Origin: Ktedonobacterales bacterium | Lineage (GTDB): Bacteria > Chloroflexota > Ktedonobacteria > Ktedonobacterales > JADMIN01 | DNA: 32,000 nt | Direction: 5' to 3' | Assembly: GCA_030167145.1 (NCBI GenBank) | Contig: CP126532.1 | Location: 2,820,001-2,852,000 of the forward strand | The notes under the pieces: model-generated | Told to the model about the DNA's origin: nothing | Seen by the model: the letters and a program-made list of their open reading frames with translations, nothing else | The model's database searches: none | Shown here: one piece after another, positions 21,016-28,708 of the stretch | How the letters are laid out: each line of letters starts with the position of its first letter | How positions within the stretch are numbered: the stretch's first letter is position 1 | Program-made: the position numbers and the translations under genes

Positions 21016-24000
21016 ATGGCGCACCATAGGAGCCGCCGCATGCGGCGTAGCAATTCATCCATTATGCGGATGGCACGAGGTGACACGGGCGCGGAGCAGC
21101 GTTTCCGGGCGGTCGTGGAACTGGCGCCTGACGCGACGGTTGTCGCGGATCATGAGGGGCGCATCACGTTTGTCAATCGGCAGGCGGAGGCGCTCTTTGG
21201 CTATCCGCGGGCGGAGATGCTGGGTCAACCGGTGGAATTGCTTATCCCCGCGCAGTTTCATGAGGCGCACCGCCAACATCGGTCGGTGTATGTTGCCGCG
21301 CCGCGCACACGGCCTATGGGGGTTTCGCTGCGGCTCTCTGGTCGTCGCCGCGACGGGAGTGAGTTTCCGGTCGAGGTGAGTTTAAGCCCGTTGGAAGATG
21401 GGAGCGAGGCGCTGGTGATCGCCAGTATTCGGGATGTGAGTGAGCGGAGGCGGCTCGAAGCGGCCTGGGCGGCGGTGGAGGCGGCGAGCGCGGAATCGCG
21501 CCAGTTGCAGCGCATTACCGATGCTGCGTTGACCCACACGACGCTGGATGGGTTGCTGAGCGCGGTGCTGGGCGGTATCCGCACGGTGATGGCGGTGGAT
21601 AACGTGGCCATTTTGTTGACGAGCGAGGATGGGCGGGAGCTGATACTTTCGGCGGCGCAGGGGCCGGAAGAGGTGGTGGCGCATACGGTGCGGATGCCGA
21701 TAGGGCAGGGTGTGGCCGGGCGTATTGCGGAAACGCGCCAACCACTGGTGGTGGATGATCTGCTGACGGTAGAGGTGGCGAATCCGCTGCTGCGCGAGCA
21801 ATTCCGGTCGCTGGTGGGAGTTCCGCTGGTGCTGGAAGGCCGGTTGATCGGGGTGGTGCATGCGGATAGCGCGACGTTGCGCCGGTTCAGCGAGCAGGAT
21901 GTGCGCCTGCTGCAACTGGTGGCAGAGCGGATCGCGTATGCGCTGGATCACGCGCGGCTGCGCGCTGCTGAGGATGAAGCGCATCGGGAGGCGGAGACAG
22001 CAGCGGAGGAGTTGCGCCGGATACAGGCTGTCACCGACACGGCGCTCTCGCATTTGACGCTCGACGATCTGTTAGCCGAGTTGCTCGACCGGATCCACGC
22101 GGTGATGGGCGTGGAGGATATTGCTATCTTGTTGCTGGAGCCAGACGGGCGGCATCTGGTGATTCGCGCGGCGCGTGGCCTGGAGGATGCGGTGGCGGCG
22201 CCGGCGAAGATTCCGGTAGGGCAAGGGTTTTCTGGCCATATCGCGGCGACGCGGACGGCGCTGGTGGTGGATGATGTCTCGCGCTTTACGGTGTATCACG
22301 AGCAGATGCGGCAGACACAGCAATCGGTGGCGGGTGTGCCGCTGCTAGTGGAAGATCGGTTGCTGGGGGTGGTGTATGTGGGCAGTGCGACCGAGCGGCA
22401 TTTCAGCGAGCAGGATGTGCAGTTGCTGCAGCGGGTCGCCGACCGGATGGCGCTGGCGATAGACCGGGCGCGGACCTATGAGATGGCGATGGAGGCGCGG
22501 AGTGAGGCGACACGGCAGGCGAGTGAATTGCGCGCGACGCTGGATACGATGACGGATGCAGTGATGGTGTACGACGCGGATGGTCAGATTGTGAACATCA
22601 ATGCGGCGGCGCGGACGTTGTTTGGGTTCGACCGTTATCCTGGTCATCTCACCACTCCTGCGGCTGAGCGCGCTTTGCTTGTGCGGCTGAGTGATGAGCA
22701 CGGTGAGCCGCTGGCGCTGGAGCAGCGACCGGCGAAGCGCATCTTGCGAGGCGAGGTGCTGGCGCGGGAGCATGCGGTGGATGTGATCGTGGAGGCTCCA
22801 GATGGCCGTGAGTTATTGTTGAGCGCGACGGGCGCACCCTTACGCGATGCGGCTGGGCAGATCAGCGGGGGTGTGTTGGTGCTGCGCGATGTGACGGAGC
22901 GGCGGCGTCTGGAGCGGGAGCATGCCCAGCAGGCGGATCAACTGGACCGTATCTTCGAGGGGATATCGGACGGGCTGGTGGTGTATGACGCGGAAGGGAC
23001 TATCGTGCGGGTGAATGCGGCGGCGCGTAGCATTCTGGGCCTACCTGTCACGCCATCGAGTTATGCTGCTCTGCCAGCGCCGGATCGTGGGGCGCTCTAT
23101 ACGGTCTACGATGAGCACGGGAACTTGCTCACGCCGGAGGATTGGCCGCTGGTGCGCGTGCTACGGGGGAAGGCGACTGGGACTGAGGGGCTGGATGTGC
23201 GGATGCGGACACTGGATGGCCGGGAGGTGGAGGTGTATACCAGCGCGACGCCGCTGCGAGATCCGGAGGGGCATCTGGTGGGAGTCGTGACGATCTTGCG
23301 CGACCAGTCGGAGCGCAAGCGATTGGAGCGCGAGCGGGAGGAGGCGCGTATCCGCGAGCAGGCGACGCGCGAGGTGAACCAGCATATGAGGCAGTTCATG
23401 TTTACTGCCAGTCATGAGCTACGGAATCCGGTGGCAGCGGCGATTGGGACGGTGCAATTGACCCAGAGGCGAATCGGACGGCTGACCACCGCAGGTGATA
23501 GCGAATCCAGCGGCGATGTTGCTCAACCGCCATATGCCTGGATGCTGAGGGATCTTGCGAAGGCAGATCAAGCCTTGCATCGCCTGGACCGGCTGATTGC
23601 ACGTCTGTTTGACGTGACGCAGGCGCAGACGGGGCAATTGCAGTTGATGCTGGCGCGGCAGGATTTGACGGCACTGGTGCGCGCGGCGGTGGAGGCGCAG
23701 CGCATCGCTAGCCCGGGGCGTGCGATTGAGCTGGAGACGCTGGCGGATCAGCCGGTGGCGGTGATTGCCGATGCCGACCGGCTGGATCAGGTGCTCTCGA
23801 ATTACCTGAGCAATGCGATGAAGTATTCGCCGCCCGACGAGGCGGTGGTGGTGCGTGTGGAGGTGGATGAGGGCGCGCGGGCGCGGGTGTCGGTGCGGGA
23901 CCGGGGGCCGGGGCTGCTGCTGGAAGAGCAGGGGCGGGTGTGGGAGTTGTTTCATCGTGTGCCGGGAACGGAGGAACAGGAGGGCCAGCGAGGGAGCCTG

Positions 24001-24150
24001 GGACTTGGTTTGTATCTGTGCAAGACGCTGATTGACCAGCATGGGGGTGAGGTTGGGGTGGAGAGTACACCAGGACAGGGTGCGACGTTCTGGTTTGCGC
24101 TGCCGGTGGCTAGCGGCGCTGTGTCTGCGGCTGAAAGCGCATCGGCGTAG
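21016..24150 (+). CDS. multidomain sensor histidine kinase (PAS-GAF-GAF-PAS-PAS-HisKA-HATPase_c), no adjacent response regulator
   Basis: 1044-aa ORF with GAAGGAG 6 nt upstream of the ATG. H-box FTASHELRNPVAA; ATPase DRGPGL...GSLGLGLYLCKTLIDQHGG. Repeated PAS (…GRITFVNRQAEALFGY…) and GAF (…GQGVAGRIAETRQPLVVDD…) signatures. Confidence 0.9.
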   Translation: MAHHRSRRMRRSNSSIMRMARGDTGAEQRFRAVVELAPDATVVADHEGRITFVNRQAEALFGYPRAEMLGQPVELLIPAQFHEAHRQHRSVYVAAPRTRPMGVSLRLSGRRRDGSEFPVEVSLSPLEDGSEALVIASIRDVSERRRLEAAWAAVEAASAESRQLQRITDAALTHTTLDGLLSAVLGGIRTVMAVDNVAILLTSEDGRELILSAAQGPEEVVAHTVRMPIGQGVAGRIAETRQPLVVDDLLTVEVANPLLREQFRSLVGVPLVLEGRLIGVVHADSATLRRFSEQDVRLLQLVAERIAYALDHARLRAAEDEAHREAETAAEELRRIQAVTDTALSHLTLDDLLAELLDRIHAVMGVEDIAILLLEPDGRHLVIRAARGLEDAVAAPAKIPVGQGFSGHIAATRTALVVDDVSRFTVYHEQMRQTQQSVAGVPLLVEDRLLGVVYVGSATERHFSEQDVQLLQRVADRMALAIDRARTYEMAMEARSEATRQASELRATLDTMTDAVMVYDADGQIVNINAAARTLFGFDRYPGHLTTPAAERALLVRLSDEHGEPLALEQRPAKRILRGEVLAREHAVDVIVEAPDGRELLLSATGAPLRDAAGQISGGVLVLRDVTERRRLEREHAQQADQLDRIFEGISDGLVVYDAEGTIVRVNAAARSILGLPVTPSSYAALPAPDRGALYTVYDEHGNLLTPEDWPLVRVLRGKATGTEGLDVRMRTLDGREVEVYTSATPLRDPEGHLVGVVTILRDQSERKRLEREREEARIREQATREVNQHMRQFMFTASHELRNPVAAAIGTVQLTQRRIGRLTTAGDSESSGDVAQPPYAWMLRDLAKADQALHRLDRLIARLFDVTQAQTGQLQLMLARQDLTALVRAAVEAQRIASPGRAIELETLADQPVAVIADADRLDQVLSNYLSNAMKYSPPDEAVVVRVEVDEGARARVSVRDRGPGLLLEEQGRVWELFHRVPGTEEQEGQRGSLGLGLYLCKTLIDQHGGEVGVESTPGQGATFWFALPVASGAVSAAESASA

Positions 24151-24155
24151 CGGGG

Positions 24156-24230
24156 GCGCAAGCGGGCAGTTGAAACCGCGCCTGCATGGCCACTGGCCAC
24201 GAAACCCGCCGTCGCGGGTTGGGCAGAGAG
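24156..24230 (+). repeat. Rep-E copy 2
   Basis: gcgcaagcgggcagttgaaaccgcgcctgcatggccactggccacgaaacccgccgtcgcgggttgggcagagag. Starts 6 nt after the kinase stop. The central hairpin is TGGCCA-c-TGGCCA here versus GGCC-tgc-GGCC in copy 1. Confidence 0.8.
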
Positions 24231-24269
24231 GGAGAAGTGAACGACTCTGCCGGTCGCTTGATGACATTC

Positions 24270-24298
24270 TTGCTGGTGTGGTGGGGGCGTGGTACAAT
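24270..24298 (+). promoter_or_regulatory. sigma70-like promoter for tRNA-Arg (TTGCTG - 17 bp - TGgTACAAT)
   Basis: -35 at 24270-24275 and -10 TACAAT at 24293-24298, preceded by an extended TG. The tRNA 5' end is 15 nt downstream. Confidence 0.55.
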
Positions 24299-24312
24299 GA
24301 GCGGCAGGTCAT

Positions 24313-24388
24313 GCGCCCGTAGCTCAACGGATAGAGCATCGCACTTCGGATGCGAGGGTTGGGGGTTCGAGTCCCTTCGGGCGCGCCA
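24313..24388 (+). tRNA. tRNA-Arg (anticodon TCG), CCA encoded
   Basis: Hand-folded cloverleaf. Acceptor GCGCCCG/CGGGCGC; D arm GCTC-AACGGATA-GAGC; anticodon arm TCGCA-CTTCGGA-TGCGA (T33, TCG, G37). Variable loop GGGTT; T arm GGGGG-TTCGAGT-CCCTT (two G-U pairs); discriminator G; CCA. Confidence 0.95.
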
Positions 24389-24691
24389 AATGCAGCGGTT
24401 TCCATATAGAGGAAGCGATGAAGGCCAGGGGCGATATGCTCGTGGCCTTTGCTGTGCATGCGCGCTGATACGTTCTGATACATCCCTCTCATTCGCTCGT
24501 TTGTTATATTGATGAGAGACGATGGGCGCAAAGGCGTGTTACCTGCCAAGGTGCGAACGCGCTATCGTGCATGTGAGCGTATACGAAGCGAGACGCGGCG
24601 AGCAATTCATGGCGTCGTCGCGTGGATTTTCGCGCGGTGGAGCAGGGCATTGCAATCGCCCGTCGCGGGTAGCTGGTTCGCCACACGCATT

Positions 24692-25897
24692 ATGTATGCG
24701 CTGCTGACGCCAGTTATTCTTGTGCTGCTCGATGGTCCTTCGACGGTGGGGCGTTCTGCGCCACATGCTTTGGGCCTCTGGCCAGCGTTAGCGGCATATC
24801 TGCGAGCCTGGCGTTTCTGGGATAGCGCTTTCTTTGCCGCCATTGCCCAGCGTGGCTATTGGCAGGTTGCGCTGACGGCGCATTTTCCTTTGTTTCCGCT
24901 GGCTATCCATATCCTCAGCCTGCCGTTCGGCGAGACCGCGACCGCTACGACAGCGATGGGCTATCTGCTGGGCAATGTGGGGACGCTCTTCGGCCTTTGG
25001 GGTGTTGCGCATCTGATTCGATGTGCCAATGGCATGGAAGAAGTCACGGCGGCAACAGTGCGTTGGTCACTGGCGTTGCTCATCACGTGGCCATTCGCGT
25101 TCTTTCTGGCAGCAGGCTATGCGGACGGCTGGGTGCTGGCGGTTATCGCATGGGCGATGGTTTGGTCACTGCAAGGGCGCCTGTGGCGTGTAGGATTGCT
25201 CTTGGAATTGGGTGCTTTGCTGCATCCCTTGTGCAGTGTGGCGCTGCTTCCGGTCATGTGGATTGTCATACGACAGCATGCCTGGGTGTGGCAGGGGCTG
25301 GCGATGCAGTGGCGCACACAGCGCCAGATACATCGTGAAAGCTTCGCAATTGCGGGGCGCACTGTATTGGTGATTCTCGCGTTTCCGGTAGCATACGGAG
25401 TTGGTATTGGTCTTTATGCGCTGTATTGCGCGCGTACGTTCGGTGATCCACTGGCGTTTGCGCATCAGGAACACATGAGTTTTGGCCATACCTTCGCCTG
25501 GCCGTGGCAGAGTCTTGTGTTGGCGAGCCAGCAAGTGCTGGCGCCACATGCCACATCGTATTTGCGTGTGCGGCCACTCCTCGACTTCATACCGGTTCTG
25601 ATGGTTGTGCTAGCTACGTGCTTTGCCTGGCGACGCCTGGATGCACCTGCGCGGATACTGGTCGCGGTCTTTCTCGCGTTGGTGCTCTGCGATCCGATAA
25701 CGCGGCAGCAGACGCCGGATGCCTTCACCTCGGCAGGTCGCTATGTGCTTGCTGTGCTGCCGCTCTGGATTTGGGCTGGAAGGTGGGTTGCTGAACATCC
25801 ACGTATCCAGCCCTATGTTACCTACTGGTGTTTCATGATGACGGCGTTGCAGGCCATCTTGTTAGCATTCGTGCTGCGCGGGGGATGGCTCGTGTGA
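24692..25897 (+). CDS. polytopic membrane glycosyltransferase, PIG-V/GT-C mannosyltransferase-like
   Basis: C-terminal 401 aa of the 462-aa track ORF. The first-loop motif AWRFWDSAFFAAIAQRGYW resembles the WD..WY..IA..GY signature of PIG-V-type mannosyltransferases. At least 9 hydrophobic helices. Start is uncertain: ATG 24692, or TTG 24650 with GGTGGAG 7 nt upstream. Lower GC than flanks. Confidence 0.7.
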   Translation: MYALLTPVILVLLDGPSTVGRSAPHALGLWPALAAYLRAWRFWDSAFFAAIAQRGYWQVALTAHFPLFPLAIHILSLPFGETATATTAMGYLLGNVGTLFGLWGVAHLIRCANGMEEVTAATVRWSLALLITWPFAFFLAAGYADGWVLAVIAWAMVWSLQGRLWRVGLLLELGALLHPLCSVALLPVMWIVIRQHAWVWQGLAMQWRTQRQIHRESFAIAGRTVLVILAFPVAYGVGIGLYALYCARTFGDPLAFAHQEHMSFGHTFAWPWQSLVLASQQVLAPHATSYLRVRPLLDFIPVLMVVLATCFAWRRLDAPARILVAVFLALVLCDPITRQQTPDAFTSAGRYVLAVLPLWIWAGRWVAEHPRIQPYVTYWCFMMTALQAILLAFVLRGGWLV

Positions 25898-25953
25898 TGG
25901 GCCATAATGATTGCGCCGAGCATCTCTGTCATGGTTCACCGGCTAGCTCCACA

Positions 25954-26328
25954 TCAGCCGATGGGGGCGAGTTTCCAGCGGCCAATGACGATGAGGAGCG
26001 CGAGGAGCAAGAGGATCGCGTTCATGGCAGGTTGCGCGTATTCTTTGCGGGCGATGTGGAAGATGATGGCGCCGAGCATGATGAGGGCGAGGCCGAGGGC
26101 GGCGGCGATGGTGAGCCAGGGTTGAATTTGAGTGAGGGCGGGCAGAATGAGGCCGATGGCGCCGAGTATTTCGGCGACGCCGATGAAGCGCACGAGGGGC
26201 ATGGGTATATCGGCTGCCCAGGTGAGTCGCTTGGCGAGGATGGGTATCGGCTGAGTGGCCTTGGGTATGCCAGCCATGAGGAAGGCGAGCGCGAGGAGGA
26301 TCTGGGCAATCCAGAGGACGATGTTCAT
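25954..26328 (-). CDS. DoxX-family membrane protein
   Basis: 124-aa ORF with AAAGGAG 7 nt upstream. MNIVLWIAQILLALAFLMAGIPK...FIGVAEILGAIGLILP is typical of DoxX-like 4-TM proteins. Confidence 0.8.
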   Translation of the reverse strand: MNIVLWIAQILLALAFLMAGIPKATQPIPILAKRLTWAADIPMPLVRFIGVAEILGAIGLILPALTQIQPWLTIAAALGLALIMLGAIIFHIARKEYAQPAMNAILLLLALLIVIGRWKLAPIG

Positions 26329-26428
26329 GAGGAGGCTCCTTTTGTGTGTTGAGGTGAATGCTTGTGGTCAGCGGGGTCGCATGTGCCAAGGGTAGCGGCG
26401 AGCGGCTTCGCAGCTCTGATGTATCCGG

Positions 26429-26474
26429 CAGATGTTGCTTATTCGACATCTGTTGCCTATACTACTAGCGTAGT
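26429..26474 (+). promoter_or_regulatory. promoter (TTGCTT - 17 bp - TATACT) overlapped by two inverted repeats (candidate TetR operators)
   Basis: -35 at 26435-26440 and -10 at 26458-26463. IR1 is CAGATGT (26429-26435) / ACATCTG (26446-26452), spanning the -35. IR2 is ACTAC-tagc-GTAGT (26461-26474), spanning the -10/TSS. Located in the DoxX-TetR divergent spacer. Confidence 0.5.
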
Positions 26475-26600
26475 CTTGCGCTGAGGGCAACCAACAAAAC
26501 AGGCGGGATGTTGGATACACAACGAATTGCGGAAATTGTTGGGTAAGGTGGGCTGTGAAGCAGATGGATTGAGCGAGAGGCGAAGGGAAGGAGTGCGTGC

Positions 26601-27194
26601 ATGACGGTACATCTGAACGAGGTGGATCCGCGGGTGAAACGGACACGCAAGCTCTTGCAACAGGCGTTTATGGAGTTGATTGGGGAGCGTGGGTTTCGTG
26701 ATATCACGGTGCAGGATATTGCTGATCGGGCGACGGTCAATCGGGCGACGTTCTACGCGCACTACGAAGATAAGTTTGCGTTGTTGGATAGTTGCATCCG
26801 CGAGCAGTTTCGTGAGGTTCTGGCGGCCAAACTTCCGGCGGCGTCGGCCTGGAGCGATGAACATCTGCGGGTGTTGATTGTGACGGTGTTCACTTTTTTG
26901 GGAGGAATTCATCACTGCAAGCCGGGAAGCCAGGATCTTGATCCGTTGTTGGAGACGGCGGTGCAGGAAGAGATTGCGCGGGTGCTGCTGGGGTGGCTCA
27001 GCGCATCTACGGTCGCTGATGGATTGAGAGGCATCTCGGCGAAGGCGGCGGCGATGCTGTGGAGTTGGGGCATCTTTGGGGCGGCGTGGCAATGGAGCCA
27101 GGGAGAGCGGGCGCACTCGGCGAGTGAGATGGCGGAGGAGGTGCGGGAGATATTGGCGCGGAGTCTGGTAGGTATGCAACAGGGAGCGGCCTGA
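26601..27194 (+). CDS. TetR/AcrR-family transcriptional regulator
   Basis: 197-aa ORF with AAGGAG 7 nt upstream. The N-terminal HTH is RTRKLLQQAFMELIGERGFRDITVQDIADRATVNRATFYAHYEDKFALL. Confidence 0.9.
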   Translation: MTVHLNEVDPRVKRTRKLLQQAFMELIGERGFRDITVQDIADRATVNRATFYAHYEDKFALLDSCIREQFREVLAAKLPAASAWSDEHLRVLIVTVFTFLGGIHHCKPGSQDLDPLLETAVQEEIARVLLGWLSASTVADGLRGISAKAAAMLWSWGIFGAAWQWSQGERAHSASEMAEEVREILARSLVGMQQGAA

Positions 27195-27226
27195 CACATG
27201 CGGGCGAGTGATTGCACGGCGGCTGG

Positions 27227-28597
27227 CTAGCGGGTGGTGAGGGCGATGAGGCCGTCGGCGAGGGTGCGACGCCAGGCGAGGTAGTCGTGGCCGCCGTTGA
27301 ATTCGGCGTAGGTGAGGGGGTAGTCTTTGGCGCGCAGGGTGTCGCGCAGGTGGCGATTGGCGGCAAGCTGGGTGGGGCCGTGGCCGGGGGTGGGGTGGGT
27401 TTCGAGGAGGCCGACATCGAGGTAGAAGCGGATGGGGAGACGGGGCGCGGTGACGTACTGGCGGGCGAGCCATTGGTGGGCGGGGTCGCCTTCGGGGCGC
27501 CACCAGTAGGAGCCAGATTGGGAGAGGACGGCGCCGAAGGTGTCGGGGCGATGCAGGGCGGCGAAGGCGGCGGCGAGGCCACCGGCGCTCTGACCGGCGA
27601 TGATGATGCGGACGGGGTCGGCGGTGATGGGGCAGTGGGCGCGAAACTCTGGTAGGAGGGTATCGGCGAGGTAGTCGGTGAAGGTGGGGGAGCAGAGGAG
27701 TTCTTGCAGGCGGGTGTCGCCGGGGTTTTCGATGAGGAGGGCGACGAGTGGGGGGATGCGGCCATCGGCAAGGAGATTGTCGAGGATGGTGGGGGTGGGC
27801 ATGGCGCCGAGGATGGATTGGCCGTCGAGGAGGAGCAGCAGGCCGTAGGGTTCGGCGGGATGGGTGGTGTAGCCGGGCGGTGTGTAGAGCCAGATGCGGC
27901 GCGGGTGTGGTTCGCGGCCATGCATGGCTGGCGCAGAGGGATTGTTATCGCGGCCATGAATGGGCGGCGCACAGTCGAACGCGGGGAAGGTGAGGCGGAG
28001 GGTTTCGACGTGGCCGGTGGGGATGCCGGGGCGTGGGGCGAGGTAGGGCTGCGGTGGGGCGGCGGGCAATTCGAGCAGTGAGAAGATGGAGCCGGAGTCA
28101 GCGGGGTTTTCGGGGTCGGGTGGGATGGTGAAGGTGTGGGGATTGAGGGGATCGGGTTGCCAGGTGGCGGCGCGGGTGGCCCAGTCGGTGACTTGATCTT
28201 CTGGGATGAGGGGATCGTTGGGGGCGAGGCGGTATTTGCAGCGGAGGTCATCGCGGAGACGGTAGCTGCGATACCAGAGATCGGAGCCGGGGAGCAGGCG
28301 CATGGTGTTGGCGGCGGTGTCGCCGCCGGGGCCGTCTACGATGGCGACGTTGCGGGTGGTGGCGGGGTCGCCACGCCAGAGGAAGGTGACGAGGTGATGG
28401 TCTCTCGCGCGGGGCAGTGGCTCGATGAGCGGCGCACCTTTGGCGTGGATGCGCGCCCAGAAGGCGGGGAGGGTGTGGGTGTCGCCGTGGGCAAGGGCGC
28501 GCCGCAGGGCGCGGAGGCGGGGGCTGAGAAGCGGGCTGCCGTCGGCGTGGGCGGTCACAGGACGAGCCTTTCGGGGCATGGGATGTTGGATGGGCAT
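27227..28597 (-). CDS. enterochelin-esterase (Fes)-like alpha/beta hydrolase
   Basis: Nucleophile elbow IIAGQSAGG, oxyanion region YGLLLLLDGQ, and a Fes-type N-terminal domain (FWARIHAKGAPLIEP...HLVTFLWRGD). Start is uncertain: ATG 28597 is chosen, alternatives are 28579 and 28630 (ORF maximum). Confidence 0.85.
   Translation of the reverse strand: MPIQHPMPRKARPVTAHADGSPLLSPRLRALRRALAHGDTHTLPAFWARIHAKGAPLIEPLPRARDHHLVTFLWRGDPATTRNVAIVDGPGGDTAANTMRLLPGSDLWYRSYRLRDDLRCKYRLAPNDPLIPEDQVTDWATRAATWQPDPLNPHTFTIPPDPENPADSGSIFSLLELPAAPPQPYLAPRPGIPTGHVETLRLTFPAFDCAPPIHGRDNNPSAPAMHGREPHPRRIWLYTPPGYTTHPAEPYGLLLLLDGQSILGAMPTPTILDNLLADGRIPPLVALLIENPGDTRLQELLCSPTFTDYLADTLLPEFRAHCPITADPVRIIIAGQSAGGLAAAFAALHRPDTFGAVLSQSGSYWWRPEGDPAHQWLARQYVTAPRLPIRFYLDVGLLETHPTPGHGPTQLAANRHLRDTLRAKDYPLTYAEFNGGHDYLAWRRTLADGLIALTTR
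27913..27972 (+). repeat. Rep-A pair inside the esterase ORF, period 36
   Basis: cgcggccatgcatggctggcgcag (core 27919-27926; here a 12-bp perfect palindrome GCCATGCATGGC) and cgcggccatgaatgggcggcgcac (core 27955-27962). The minus strand encodes PPIHGRDNNPSAPAMHGRE. Confidence 0.75.
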
Positions 28598-28708
28598 GCG
28601 GGCTACAAAGTCGCCTGAGCAGTGTAGCATATTGAGCGTTAGGCACGGGCAGATGGCATGGGGAAGGGATTGAGCATTTATATGGTTGATATAGGCTCGC
28701 GCCCGGTT

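Noticed and set aside
24389-26600. Integrative genomic island at tRNA-Arg.
   Set aside because: No integrase, excisionase or direct repeat of the tRNA 3' end is visible. Only the compositional shift supports it, so it is kept as a low-interest finding, not a feature.
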